DNA of 64,000 nt from the NCBI GenBank assembly GCA_963817895.1, contig CAWFQB010000005.1, positions 544,001-608,000 on the forward strand. Reading direction: 5' to 3'. Positions 10,791 through 21,067 of the stretch are shown here, piece by piece. A model generated the notes under the pieces. It did no database searches. It saw only the letters and a program-made list of their open reading frames with translations, and was not told where the DNA came from. The position numbers were made by a program, and so were the translations under genes. Each line of letters opens with the position of its first letter. The stretch's first letter is position 1. Source of the DNA: an uncultured Chthonomonadaceae bacterium. Its GTDB lineage: Bacteria; Armatimonadota; Chthonomonadetes; Chthonomonadales; Chthonomonadaceae.

Positions 10791-11999
10791 CTACGGAGTC
10801 CAGTCCGCGATAAACACATTGGTTTCGTGCGGCACAGCGCCGTGACGGTTCGAGGCCCACACCAGTCTTTTGCCGTCCGGGCTGAAGTTGGGAAAGCCGT
10901 CGAACTGGCCGCCCCAGGTAATCTGTTCCGGGACGCTGTTGGTATCCGGGGTCCCATCCGGGTTGTCAATGCGCAGGGTGTACACATCAAAACCCCGGCG
11001 TTTTGCGTCCCCCCGGTTGGACGCGTAAATCAGGCTATGTCCGTCCGGCGTCCAGCTTGGGCCGAAACTGGCGATGTTGGCGTCTCGGTCATTGGTGATG
11101 CGCCGCTTCCCACCCCCGTCGCCGTTCATTACGTATAAGTCGAGCGTGGTAGGCCGTATCAGATGTTGCTTGAACAACCGTAGATAGTCGGCCTTTTCCG
11201 TATCCGTCACGGGATGATAAGCGCGGTAGCAGATGCGCTTGCCGTCCGGCGACCACCAGGGGCCGCCATCGTATCCCAGATCATGCGTCAGTTGTCTGGC
11301 ATGGCTGCCGTCCACATTCATCACCCAGATGTCTAAATCGCCGCCCCGGTCACTGGTGAAAACGACTTTTTTGCCGTCCGGCGACAGAACACTCTCTGCA
11401 TTATAGCCGGGTTCCTCATTTTTCTTCAGCTTTGTTGGGAAAAGCGGCTTCAAATCGCTGCCGTCCGCGTTCGCCGTATAAATGCGGTAGGTCGGATAGA
11501 CCGGCCACACATAGCCGAGCGAGTTATCCGGTTTGGGCGGGCAGGCCGGGTCGGACGCATGGGTGGAGGAGAACAACACGCGCTTGCCGTCTTTCATCCA
11601 CCAGCCGCAAGTGGTGCGTCCCGTCCCTGTGCTGACGCGATTCGTAACTCCGCTGCCAATATCCATGACGAATTCCTGATCACATTCGTGACCGTCGCGC
11701 TGCGATTGCAGCACCAGCTTTGTGCCGTCAGGACTGAAATAGGCTTCGGCATTTTCGCCCCCGGAAGTTAGCTGCCGGACATTCGCCAGATGCGTTTCGC
11801 GGGCATCATGGAGTGCGGCAAGCGGGCCGTTGGTTTGAACGTTGCCCTCAACCCCCCGCCCCTTCTCCCAAAAAGGCCTGGGAGAAGGGGAGTAGTTAGG
11901 AGTATGCGCGATTGCTTGCGCGGCGAACCATGCGCAGGCCAGCGTCAGGGCGGGAGCGACAATACGGCGGGGTAAGCGCGTCGGATTCAGGGGACGCAT
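10791..11999 (-). CDS. secreted TolB-like PD40 beta-propeller protein
   Basis: GENAEAYFSPDG and repeated SPDGK motifs, GYDGGPWWSPDG, FDGFPNFSPDG; signal peptide; AAGGAG RBS before ATG 11999. Confidence 0.88.
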   Translation of the reverse strand: MRPLNPTRLPRRIVAPALTLACAWFAAQAIAHTPNYSPSPRPFWEKGRGVEGNVQTNGPLAALHDARETHLANVRQLTSGGENAEAYFSPDGTKLVLQSQRDGHECDQEFVMDIGSGVTNRVSTGTGRTTCGWWMKDGKRVLFSSTHASDPACPPKPDNSLGYVWPVYPTYRIYTANADGSDLKPLFPTKLKKNEEPGYNAESVLSPDGKKVVFTSDRGGDLDIWVMNVDGSHARQLTHDLGYDGGPWWSPDGKRICYRAYHPVTDTEKADYLRLFKQHLIRPTTLDLYVMNGDGGGKRRITNDRDANIASFGPSWTPDGHSLIYASNRGDAKRRGFDVYTLRIDNPDGTPDTNSVPEQITWGGQFDGFPNFSPDGKRLVWASNRHGAVPHETNVFIADWTP

Positions 12000-12492
12000 A
12001 CTGGCTCTCCTTCGAGATCGGAACTTCAGGCATTGGGAAAGACAAAGAGTGTGAGTGGGCTTTCCGGGCAGGGTTGGGAAGCGCGGCGGCGCGCTTGCAG
12101 CGATTGAACAGGCAACGTTGGCGGCGGAGCCAACAGATGTATCTGCGGAAGCGTTTGAACTATCAGGGACGGCTGCAACCGGGCGCGGCAGCCACAACAT
12201 TGTTGAGGGGACACAAAAATTGTATTTGCAAACCGCGGCAAAGGTTGTCTGCGCAATCAGGGTGACGGAACCTCTACATTTCAATCATGTTAGCATAAAA
12301 ATCCCTATATCGCAAGGGGTAGGAGAATATTTTTATACGGCTCATTTCTATCTTTGCCATCTATAAGCGCTTATCCCTACAGCCGCGATAAATGGGACCG
12401 TTACAGCCTGAAGGTGGGCTGTTCGGCCCATGCAAGTGTTGTCGCTCGACTTTATACTGAAAGCATCTTTGTTTTCTTGTGGAGGAAACGCC

Positions 12493-12609
12493 ATGAAACA
12501 GATACTGATGCTTTGCCTGATACTCGTATCCCTTCCTTTGATCGGAGCCATATTGTACTTACTGCTTGTTTGCCTGCTATATTTTGCTTGTCCAGGTATG
12601 CGTTGCTAA
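12493..12609 (+). CDS. 38-aa hydrophobic small membrane protein (not in ORF track)
   Basis: GGAGG RBS 7 nt before ATG; MKQILMLCLILVSLPLIGAILYLLLVCLLYFACPGMRC. Confidence 0.5.
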   Translation: MKQILMLCLILVSLPLIGAILYLLLVCLLYFACPGMRC

Positions 12610-12623
12610 GGCATGTTCGTAAA

Positions 12624-13268
12624 TTACGTGAGCATCTGCCTGATTTCGGCCTTTCGTTGCTCTGCGCTGTCATACTCCGCAGGCTGTTTCGCATAATCAA
12701 AGGCATTCTTGCCTTTTGCATCTTGAATTGTCGGATTTGCGCCATGCGCCAGCAGAAGGCGAACGGCGTCAGGGAACGCTCGCTGCACCATTAATATCAA
12801 AGCAGTACGCCCTTCATAGCCTGCGCCATCTACGTCAGCACCGTATTCGAGCAGCAGTCGCATACATTCCAAAACGTCTTCATTTTGGGCAGGTCCCCAG
12901 TTACTATCCGATTCATCTCCCATTTCCTGCGCCGCTTCCAGTAATGGAGGATTGCCAGGCTCGTAGATGACCTTGTCCCAGTCAATGGTTTTTCGGTAAA
13001 GTGAAGGTTGCGAACCGGTCACAATCCAAAAATCAACGGGTTCATCATAGATGGCATGGTCATACGGATCAACAATGTTCGGATTGCCTCCATGTTTCAA
13101 AAATGTAGACATCAGGCGCGGTGATGAGCGACGCGCAGCGATGCTCATAAAAGGTTGCGTCCATTGATCATCAGTATTGACATTCGCCTTCTCCTGCAAA
13201 AATTTGGCGATCATCTCGTCTTCTTCTTGACGCTCTCGCATCAGTGCAAGTTCGGCTTCGGTACGCAT
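12624..13268 (-). CDS. ankyrin-repeat protein
   Basis: LLLEYGADVDG, GRTALILMV, LLLAHGANPTIQDAKGKNAFDYA; start uncertain. Confidence 0.85.
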   Translation of the reverse strand: MRTEAELALMRERQEEDEMIAKFLQEKANVNTDDQWTQPFMSIAARRSSPRLMSTFLKHGGNPNIVDPYDHAIYDEPVDFWIVTGSQPSLYRKTIDWDKVIYEPGNPPLLEAAQEMGDESDSNWGPAQNEDVLECMRLLLEYGADVDGAGYEGRTALILMVQRAFPDAVRLLLAHGANPTIQDAKGKNAFDYAKQPAEYDSAEQRKAEIRQMLT

Positions 13269-13433
13269 CAGTTGTTTCCTCTCAGGAACAGTATCAGAAC
13301 AGTGTACAAAAACATTTATCATCTTGTCAACGCTTAGTTTCAAAGGAGGACTATGACAACCAAGTGTCACATTGTTAAGAACGGGTTGTCTGTGTAAACG
13401 GACAACCACTCAGATGTTGATAAGGAGAATTGA

Positions 13434-14555
13434 ATGTCGGCTTCGAGATTCATCAGGCAGTTGATATTGGGAATAGCGTTTGGGGTGTTTTGTAAAGGGA
13501 CGGCACACGCGCAGGTTCCTGAAGATCTGGCGCGAAAGAAGGACTTTACCGCGCTGCGTTCGTCCAGCACGGACCCGAAGGGCGGCAATGCGGACATGCG
13601 CCGCGTTCCCGCCGGGGAAACCCTGACCGTTGCGGACATCAAGGGCGCGGGCTGCATCACGCACCTGTGGTTTACCATTGCCTCGCCCTCGCCCGACCAT
13701 CTGCGCGAACTGACGTTGCGCATGTACTGGGACGACGCCAAAACGCCCGCTGTGGAGTGTCCCATCGGCGATTTCTTCGCGCTCGGTCATGCGAAATACG
13801 TGGAGTTCGCCAGCGCGGCCATCAGCATCGGGGCGCACAAGGGGTTGAACTGCTACTGGCCCATGCCTTTCAAGAAACACGCGCTTATCACCGTCACCAA
13901 TGAGGGCGGCAAACAGGTAGATTCGCTGTACTACAATCTCGACTACCGATTGGACAAACGCGCCCCGCGTGACGCCCGCTATTTTCATGCGCAATACCGA
14001 ACCTACTTCCCCGCGCCCGTCGGCAAGGATTTGACCATTTGCGACGTGAAGGGCGCGGGGCATTATGTCGGCACGTTCGTCTCTGTCATGGCGAATTCGG
14101 ATGGCTGGTGGGGCGAGGGCGACGACAATTTCACCGTTGACGGCGAGGACAAACCGAGCATCAGCGGAACCGGCAGCGAGGACTACTTTTGCGGCGGCTG
14201 GGATTTCGGTCGCGCGTTCTGGTCGCCGTTCTTCGGCGTCCCCTACTACGACAATGCGGAAAAGGGCGGCGAAAAGCGGGGAATTCTGAATACGTGCTAT
14301 CGCTGGCATATTCAAGACCCCATCCCCTTCAAAGAGTCGCTTGTCTTCACGCTGGAACACGGCAAACAGGGCTTCGACCGCGACCGCAAGCCGTTCACCA
14401 ACCACTATACCACTGTCGGCTACTACTACGTAGACCATGCGGAGGGTGACACCCCAACTATTCCCGCCTACAAAGACCGCGTTCCCGTCCTGATACCGCT
14501 TCCCACAGAGGAAAAGAAGCCGGACGCGAAAAAACCAGAAGAGAAAAAGCCTTAG
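13434..14555 (+). CDS. secreted DUF2961 / GH172-like glycoside hydrolase
   Basis: GAGCITHLWFT, PIGDFF, NCYWPMPF, WWGEGDD, GTGSEDYF, YRWHIQDPIPF; signal peptide. Confidence 0.9.
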   Translation: MSASRFIRQLILGIAFGVFCKGTAHAQVPEDLARKKDFTALRSSSTDPKGGNADMRRVPAGETLTVADIKGAGCITHLWFTIASPSPDHLRELTLRMYWDDAKTPAVECPIGDFFALGHAKYVEFASAAISIGAHKGLNCYWPMPFKKHALITVTNEGGKQVDSLYYNLDYRLDKRAPRDARYFHAQYRTYFPAPVGKDLTICDVKGAGHYVGTFVSVMANSDGWWGEGDDNFTVDGEDKPSISGTGSEDYFCGGWDFGRAFWSPFFGVPYYDNAEKGGEKRGILNTCYRWHIQDPIPFKESLVFTLEHGKQGFDRDRKPFTNHYTTVGYYYVDHAEGDTPTIPAYKDRVPVLIPLPTEEKKPDAKKPEEKKP

Positions 14556-14613
14556 CCAGTTTCAGTACACAGAGAAAAGTTAGCCGCGAATGAACGCGAA
14601 TAAACGCGACTTC

Positions 14614-14782
14614 ACTACTGGACACATCTTTCCGGGCATTGAAAATACCCGTCTGAGTGGCGTTCCGCCAAGCGTCCTTCGGACGCAATCCTTTGTTTAC
14701 CGAGTTCTGCGTCCGAAGGACGCTTGGCCGCAGGCCATACAGACAGGGGTTTTCAACCCCTGGCAAGAATGTGTTCCGTAGT
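14614..14782. mobile_element. MITE-like element, family B copy 1 (ACTAC.GGACAC termini)
   Basis: Imperfect TIRs, internal GCGTCCTTCGGACGC palindromes; inverted homolog at 44400-44584. Confidence 0.7.
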
Positions 14783-14799
14783 AAAACGCGAATTTAGGA

Positions 14800-16500
14800 A
14801 TGAGGAAACAAAGAATGTTTTCTAACAATTTAGTCTGCAAGGGTTTGATTTTCGGGTTTTTAAGTCTGTTACTCTGTGTCGGCGCAATGGGAGATTCCAA
14901 CGCGCAGCCACGCTCGACACCCGCGAAATTAACTTCGGGGATGCAGAAGCGCTGGCTGTTTATCTGGCGCGATATGAGCGATCCGAAAGAGGTGGAGCGC
15001 GTGATTGCCCGTATGCCCCGCGCTCAGGCGGACGGGTACAACGGCGTCGCGTTCTCGTACAATGTTGCCCCCGCAAAGGCGGCGGAATTGCGGCAGGCGG
15101 CGCAAAAGTACAAACTCGATCTGGTCGCCATTGTGATGAACGGCTCGCGTGACCGCAATTATGCGGAGGGCGTCCTTTCCAAAGACGCGCTGTTCGTCGC
15201 TCAAAATGGAACGGCAACTCTGAAGCAGGATAACCCGACGCGCCTGAACAACGCCGATTTCGAGAACGCGAACGGCAACCATTTCCCCGGCTGGGCGTTT
15301 CAGGATGATGAGGGCGTGACCACGTTTGCCGACCACGAGATTACGCATGGGGGCAAAACGTCCCTGCGCATGGAAAACATCGGCAAAAATAAGGATCGGC
15401 ATTGTCGCATCGAACAGCCGATTCAACTACAGCCGCATCGCCAGTATCACCTTTCGCTCTGGATTAAGACGGAGAACATGGCCCCCGCTGACCCGGAAGT
15501 GAAAATCCTGACGAAGGACACGGGCCGTCAAATCAGCTGGCAGACCTTCCACACGGACAAAACGCAGGACTGGAAACGCTATGACATCGTTTTCAACAGC
15601 CTGGAGAATACCGAAGGGTTGCTGTATCTCGGTTCCTGGTACGGCAAGGAGGGCAAGGCGTGGTGGGACGACATTCAGATCGAAGAGGTTGGACTGATTA
15701 ACGTCCTGCGCCGTCCGGGTACGCCCGTCACGGTGCGCGGGGAGAATGGAACCGTGTATCAGGAGGGGCAGGACTACGCGTCGATTGTAGACCCGCAATT
15801 AAATCCCTGGCGGGCGTACCACGAAGCCCCGCTTCTTAAACTGACGCCCAATACGCGCATCAAGTCCGGCGACCGTTTGCGCGTCAGTTACTACCATCCC
15901 ATCATCATTTATGAGGATCGGATAACAAGCTGCCTGTCGGAGCCGAAAATCTTCGCCGATTGGCGCGAGGAGGTAAAACAGGCCAATACCCTGCTGCATC
16001 CCGCCGCGTTTCTGATGTCGCACGATGAATTGCGCGTCATCAACCAGTGCGCCCTGTGCCAGAGCAAACACGAAACACCCGGCGAACTGCTGGCGGAAAA
16101 CGTCCACAAGGCGGCGCAAATCATCCGCGATATTCGCCCGGACGCCGAAATATGGGTATGGAACGATATGTTCGATCCCTTCCACAACGCCGTAGACGAT
16201 TTCTATGCGGTGAACGGCAGTTTGAAAGGCTCCTGGAAGGGGCTGGACAGGGACGTTGGGATTGTCAACTGGAATGGCGGCAAGATGGGGCAAGACTGCC
16301 CGTTCTTCGCGGATTTAGGGCTGCGGCAAATCCTGTCAGGCTATTACGATGGCGACGAGGACGGTTCCGGTATCCAGAAGTGGAAGGACGCGACCAAAAC
16401 CGTTCCGGGCGTTGTGGGCGCGATGTACACGACATGGGAAGACCGATACGACGCGATGGACGTATGGGCGCAGAAGGCCTGGGGAGGCAAATCGAAATAG
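14800..16500 (+). CDS. secreted protein with a CBM4/9-like module inserted in a putative glycoside hydrolase barrel
   Basis: Signal peptide; NADFE..FPGW..GKTSLRM..WWDDIQIEE jelly-roll; MSHDELR and WNDMFDPFHNA resemble GH20-like catalytic segments (inference). Confidence 0.6.
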   Translation: MRKQRMFSNNLVCKGLIFGFLSLLLCVGAMGDSNAQPRSTPAKLTSGMQKRWLFIWRDMSDPKEVERVIARMPRAQADGYNGVAFSYNVAPAKAAELRQAAQKYKLDLVAIVMNGSRDRNYAEGVLSKDALFVAQNGTATLKQDNPTRLNNADFENANGNHFPGWAFQDDEGVTTFADHEITHGGKTSLRMENIGKNKDRHCRIEQPIQLQPHRQYHLSLWIKTENMAPADPEVKILTKDTGRQISWQTFHTDKTQDWKRYDIVFNSLENTEGLLYLGSWYGKEGKAWWDDIQIEEVGLINVLRRPGTPVTVRGENGTVYQEGQDYASIVDPQLNPWRAYHEAPLLKLTPNTRIKSGDRLRVSYYHPIIIYEDRITSCLSEPKIFADWREEVKQANTLLHPAAFLMSHDELRVINQCALCQSKHETPGELLAENVHKAAQIIRDIRPDAEIWVWNDMFDPFHNAVDDFYAVNGSLKGSWKGLDRDVGIVNWNGGKMGQDCPFFADLGLRQILSGYYDGDEDGSGIQKWKDATKTVPGVVGAMYTTWEDRYDAMDVWAQKAWGGKSK

Positions 16501-16528
16501 CGCTGATACGTCATCAAGGCAAATAATA

Positions 16529-16630
16529 CGTAGGGGCGCTGCTTGCTGCGCCTAAAATGGCGAATTGCTGCGCCTAAAATGGCTTGCTGCGCCCTCGGTT
16601 GAGGAGGGTTCAGCAAGCAGAACCCCTACG
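16529..16630. repeat. GTAG-type REP cluster
   Basis: CGTAGGGGCG...CCCCTACG termini with internal TTGCTGCGCC repeats. Confidence 0.7.
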
Positions 16631-16643
16631 TAAGGGTTCACGC

Positions 16644-17042
16644 CTAATGATGGTAATGGAAATTGAGTATCAGGCCACCCACCACATACACAATCGCATA
16701 CGCCGCGATTCCCATACGTCCGTAACGGCGCACCAGCAGGGGATACCGACGGGCAAGACATTCCAGCAGCAGCAGTTGCGGGATGGTAAACAGCAACTTC
16801 GCCATGACGAACGCGGCGGGCGAAATGGAGGCATAGGCGGCAAGGAGAGGATTGGCTTCCACAACAACGCCGGTTCGCATTAAATACAGGGTGGAGAGCA
16901 TGTCGATCAGGGACAACCCCCCCAGAAGTTTGGCTTCAAGGCCAAACGAGAATTTTCGCAATTCAAAAGTGTCGTTGTGAAATGCCAGAGCCATGAATGG
17001 ATTGATCCTTTCCGAAATACAAACGGTGAGTTGCGCATCCAT
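16644..17042 (-). CDS. DUF5658-like membrane protein
   Basis: LSLIDMLSTLYL...EANPLL...FVMAKL motif; start uncertain. Confidence 0.65.
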   Translation of the reverse strand: MDAQLTVCISERINPFMALAFHNDTFELRKFSFGLEAKLLGGLSLIDMLSTLYLMRTGVVVEANPLLAAYASISPAAFVMAKLLFTIPQLLLLECLARRYPLLVRRYGRMGIAAYAIVYVVGGLILNFHYHH

Positions 17043-17154
17043 CCTGAGACACGTAACTCATTATGGCGATTTGTCTGCCGAAAGTTCTATCAGGTTCCAC
17101 CAATGTTAGATGTCTCTTCCCTCTTCTCCTTCTCAGACGGCGTTATTTCCAATT

Positions 17155-17829
17155 TCAGGTACTTCTACCGGCGCGGACGATCACCCGCCCCAACGCCATC
17201 GGCTGTACCAGGATCGCGCCCGCTTCCAGCAGCAGTTCGCGGCAGGCTATCAGCGACATGCCGCTGCGGGCAATATCATCCAGCAACAACACGCGCTTTC
17301 CCGTTATTAGTTGCGAGTTCTCCACCCGAATCGTCTGCCGGTGCAACTCTCTGGTACTCGGCCCGCCAAACGTGATGCGGCGAATAGTCGTATGACGCGC
17401 AAGGCAGGAAGTGGCGTCAACGCGCCCGTTTTCCGCAAGCTGCCGCGCCAGAGTCCGCATCGGCCAGAAGGCTTGATTGCCCAGGTGCGGGGGAACGACG
17501 GCAATGGCAATATCCGGCTCTAAAATCGGGTCGAGCTGCGCGAACAGGCGTTTGAGGGGCCATTGCCGGTCATTGTTCAGGGCGTTGAGCAGCCGCGTCC
17601 AGCCTAAATTGCGGCGCATAGCGCGGGCGTCGTGTTCAGGTTGAGCGTCCGCGCCGTAAGCGGGCCGATCTTCGCGCAGCAGGTCTTTGGCCGGGGCAAT
17701 CTCCTCCTGCGGGTAAAAATGTCCCATCGTGACAATTCGGTTGGGCCGGTTGAACCGCACGCCCGCCGGAAGAAAACACCCCGCGCTTTCCGGTTCCGTT
17801 TCCAAATTCCTATCATCGGGTTCCGGCAT
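17155..17829 (-). CDS. type I phosphoribosyltransferase (ComF-like)
   Basis: IAVVPPH and PRPP-binding loop VLLLDDIARSGMSL, LLEAGA. Confidence 0.8.
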   Translation of the reverse strand: MPEPDDRNLETEPESAGCFLPAGVRFNRPNRIVTMGHFYPQEEIAPAKDLLREDRPAYGADAQPEHDARAMRRNLGWTRLLNALNNDRQWPLKRLFAQLDPILEPDIAIAVVPPHLGNQAFWPMRTLARQLAENGRVDATSCLARHTTIRRITFGGPSTRELHRQTIRVENSQLITGKRVLLLDDIARSGMSLIACRELLLEAGAILVQPMALGRVIVRAGRST

Positions 17830-17878
17830 TGCTCATTATCGCCTGTACAAACACGCTTTCATTATTATGCGGACAACA

Positions 17879-17918
17879 AGAAACCGCGTCGTGTTGTTAA
17901 TCAACAGACGCGGTTTCT
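17879..17918. terminator. hairpin, likely terminator
   Basis: AGAAACCGCGTC...GACGCGGTTTCT inverted repeat. Confidence 0.6.
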
Positions 17919-17961
17919 CGCCTCATAAGTTCCTGCAAACGCAGTCACGCTGCCACACTGA

Positions 17962-18063
17962 GAGCCTATCCCAACAGGCGATTGCATTTGCGTCCGAAGG
18001 ACGCTTGGCCGTAGGCCACTCAGACGGGTACGTTCTCTGTACCCGGCCTAATGGGATAGGCTC
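17962..18063. mobile_element. 102-bp MITE, family A copy 1
   Basis: TIRs GAGCCTATCCCA...TGGGATAGGCTC; flanks TGA/TTA; one difference from the copy at 40499-40600. Confidence 0.88.
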
Positions 18064-18092
18064 TTAGCAGCCATTTGCAGCAACCCGAACAT

Positions 18093-18938
18093 CTAAACCG
18101 GTCGCCCGGTTTTGTCGTCAAGCCGGTCGCCGGTCAGGGCATCAGCCGTTTTTTCCATGACGCCCCGCGTATCCGGCATACCGGAACCGTCAACGGCATG
18201 TCCGCCCGTCTGGATGCCGGGGATGTTGCCCTCCACGCCGGACGCAGCCACGCTCCGGTTGATATGCTCCCCGACTCCGGGCGTATAGCCCGTGTTGTTG
18301 CTGTAAGCGGTGTTGGAACCCGTGTACATCATGTTGTTGGCGCGGAGGCGGTCCCGCTCCGCCTGAAGCTCGACAGACGTGTAGGGCTGCGCGTCGGCGT
18401 TGTAACCCGTGTAGCCCGTCTGCTGATAGTACGCGGACCGCTGATTGATGTCTACCGCGCCATTGCGATTAAGCGCGTCCACGACGGGCTGTATCAGGTT
18501 GTCGGCAGTCTGTACGCTGACCAAAGTGCCACCGCGCCGGACGCCCTCGGAATAGTACCCCGCTTCGTCATGGGGAATACCGATGTCCACGAGCGCGCCG
18601 AGCAGTCCGCCCGCTGCCGCGCCCAATCCGGCTCCGGTCAGTCCGGCAACCAGCGGTCCCGCAGCGGCAAGCGGGCCAAGACCGGGAATTACCAGCAGAC
18701 CGAGTCCGAGCAGGACGCCGCCCACGCCGCCGATTGCCATGCCTGTTGTCGCGCCGGTTCCCGCAGCCGGCATGACGTAATCTTTGCCTGCCGTGTCGCG
18801 CCAATTCGTGTACTCGTTGTCGGAATTGTTGGCGATAATGCTCACGTCGCTATGCGCCACGCCCAACCGCTCCACTTCGCGCAGCGCGGCTTCCGCGTGT
18901 CCAAACGTGTCAAACAATCCTACCACTGTTCTTGCCAT
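18093..18938 (-). CDS. general stress protein (YflT-like, glycine zipper)
   Basis: TVVGLFD, IPGLGPLAAAGPL, GLLGALVDIGIPHDEA.YY.EGVRRGGTLV. Confidence 0.85.
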   Translation of the reverse strand: MARTVVGLFDTFGHAEAALREVERLGVAHSDVSIIANNSDNEYTNWRDTAGKDYVMPAAGTGATTGMAIGGVGGVLLGLGLLVIPGLGPLAAAGPLVAGLTGAGLGAAAGGLLGALVDIGIPHDEAGYYSEGVRRGGTLVSVQTADNLIQPVVDALNRNGAVDINQRSAYYQQTGYTGYNADAQPYTSVELQAERDRLRANNMMYTGSNTAYSNNTGYTPGVGEHINRSVAASGVEGNIPGIQTGGHAVDGSGMPDTRGVMEKTADALTGDRLDDKTGRPV

Positions 18939-19152
18939 GGTATTGTTCCTTCCAGGGAGGCTCTTGAAGCGCCGACAATGACACTTCAAAAGCGGCGCGG
19001 CGCTACTTTCCGCCGCGCAATCACGCGCAGTTCCCGGCCCTCACGCCCACTCTGGACGGATTTCACAATACTCAGCCGACTGCGCTACGGCATAGACGCG
19101 CCGATTAAATAGAGGGTTCCCTAACCTTCGGACTAGCGACGCTCCCTGCTTA

Positions 19153-19590
19153 TTATTTTGCAGAAGTTTCCTCGTCGCGCAACCGCCAGTAGGCTTGATG
19201 GTACTTGCGAACCCGCTCCATGTCTTTGTCGGTCAAATTGCGAATACGGCGCGTGTCCATGTTGTCCTGCAAGTCGGCCAATTTCACTTTGCGGGAAATA
19301 GGGTCGGGCAGGGCGCGAGCAATGAACGCTTCGTAAGTCTCGCCGTCCCGCGCCGTCACCCTCTCCAGCGCGGCAAGAACGGTTTCCGAAAATCCCTCTT
19401 CGCGCAGCAGTTCCGGCGTCCAGTCCGTATCCTCCACCACGTCATGCAGGATGGCGACGATTTTTTCCTCGTCCGTATCCATCTGCTGCATCATGCGCAG
19501 GGGATGCAGAATGTACGGCGCGCCCGCTTTATCGAATTGTTCCTGATGCGCGACAGCGGCAATCGCAATCGCGCGGGCGAGGGTAGACAT
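19153..19590 (-). CDS. stand-alone HD-domain protein, small alarmone hydrolase-like
   Basis: AHQEQFDKAGAPYILHPL, AILHDVVEDT, VKLADLQDN motifs of RelA/SpoT hydrolase domains. Confidence 0.85.
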   Translation of the reverse strand: MSTLARAIAIAAVAHQEQFDKAGAPYILHPLRMMQQMDTDEEKIVAILHDVVEDTDWTPELLREEGFSETVLAALERVTARDGETYEAFIARALPDPISRKVKLADLQDNMDTRRIRNLTDKDMERVRKYHQAYWRLRDEETSAK

Positions 19591-19600
19591 AAAGAAACTC

Positions 19601-19709
19601 CAGGTGTCAGGTGTCAGGTGTCAGGTGTCAGGTGTCAGGTGTCAGGCAACTTGATACTGCATAATATGACAGTAACGAGGATTTTCCTGACACCTGACAC
19701 CTGACACCT
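19601..19709. repeat. inverted heptamer arrays (CAGGTGT)n/(ACACCTG)n
   Basis: Seen directly; same unit at ~30111-30199. Confidence 0.9.
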
Positions 19710-19711
19710 CC

Positions 19712-21067
19712 TCATGCGAGTGAGCGGATAATCAACCCGCTGTACAATTTAGGGTAGAAGAACGTAGATTTCTGCGGCATTTTGTCGCCTTCGGAAGCCA
19801 CGTCGCGCACTTCGGTCACGGTCGGGTTTTGCAGCAGACAGGCCAGTTGGAACTCGCCTGTTTGTACCTTCTGCACGGCCTCTTCTTCATCACGGGTATA
19901 CGCGACATCCGGCGTGTGCGCGAGTTCCTGCCAGCTGATGCCCAGACAGCGATCCAACACCAGCATTTGCAGAATGGTCACATCCAGATGTTTCCACGCG
20001 AGACAGTGCGAGTCGTCCATAGCCGCTTCCGCCTGCGACAGATCGCGCAGGATCAGGCCGTAGCCTTTGTCGGGCAGAACGATACCGAACCGCTTTTCCC
20101 CCGCGATTTCCTGCTTGATCCACGTTCGCAAATCGGGAATGGACATGAAATGAATATGGAAATACCGCTCCAGTTGTAGCGGCAAATCCTCCATCCGCGC
20201 CGGGGCAATGTTCCTGACCAGCCGATGCGTCGGCAGCACCACCATGCCGGGGTCCTCAAACGCGCTTAAACCGATAAGAATAAAGGATGAAGGATGAAGG
20301 ATGAAGGATGAATCCTCTCCTTCTCGTATCTCGTATCTCGTATCTCCTATCTTCTCCCCTTCTTCTCTCTGGAAGTTGAGCGCCGTCTCATACCGGTGGT
20401 GGCCGTCGGCGATCCAGACGCGCTGCGGGGCGAAGAAGGCTTCCAGTTCGGACAGGAGGGCGGGGTCGGTGTGGCGGTAGAGAATGTGCTGTTCCGTTTC
20501 CGTGCCGGTTTTGCCGGGCAGGTTGGCTTGCAGAAGGGGGGCGGTCGCGCCGCGCGATTGGCGCAATTTCGCTGTAACAGACTGGCCGGGGTCGGCGTAC
20601 AGGCCGTAAATGGGTTCGGGGTTGCAGTGGGTGGCCCGCATCAGTTCCAGACGGTCGGCTTTGGCTTTGGGGTGCGTCTCTTCGTGCGGCAGCACGACGC
20701 CGTTAGCATAGGGTTCCAGTTTCAGGGCGACAAACAGCGTGGTTCGCTCCACAATTCGCGTCGGGTCGAGGGGATGCTCGAAGCGCTGAATGTACTCGTA
20801 CAAACCGGGCGCGTCGTCCTGAACCAACACGCCGCGTTGCAGCGCGTCGCGCAGAAAGGCGTTGGCGCGGGTGTAGCGATTGTTGTCCGGCGTATCTTCG
20901 GGCGTATCTTTGTTGAGCATCAGGCGGACGATGTTGTCAGGATGGCGGGCGTACAATTCATTTTGCTGCGCTGGCGAAAGCACGTCGTAGGGCGGCGCGA
21001 TCACTGTTTCGAGCGGCACTTGCGAAGGAGCATAATGAATTGCGGCAAAGGGGGCGATTTGCGCCAT
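19712..21067 (-). CDS. DUF1015 family protein
   Basis: IAPPYDV, VLPHEET, IADGHHRYETA, VLPTHRLV, MPQKSTFFYPKLYSG. Confidence 0.93.
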   Translation of the reverse strand: MAQIAPFAAIHYAPSQVPLETVIAPPYDVLSPAQQNELYARHPDNIVRLMLNKDTPEDTPDNNRYTRANAFLRDALQRGVLVQDDAPGLYEYIQRFEHPLDPTRIVERTTLFVALKLEPYANGVVLPHEETHPKAKADRLELMRATHCNPEPIYGLYADPGQSVTAKLRQSRGATAPLLQANLPGKTGTETEQHILYRHTDPALLSELEAFFAPQRVWIADGHHRYETALNFQREEGEKIGDTRYEIREGEDSSFILHPSSFILIGLSAFEDPGMVVLPTHRLVRNIAPARMEDLPLQLERYFHIHFMSIPDLRTWIKQEIAGEKRFGIVLPDKGYGLILRDLSQAEAAMDDSHCLAWKHLDVTILQMLVLDRCLGISWQELAHTPDVAYTRDEEEAVQKVQTGEFQLACLLQNPTVTEVRDVASEGDKMPQKSTFFYPKLYSGLIIRSLA

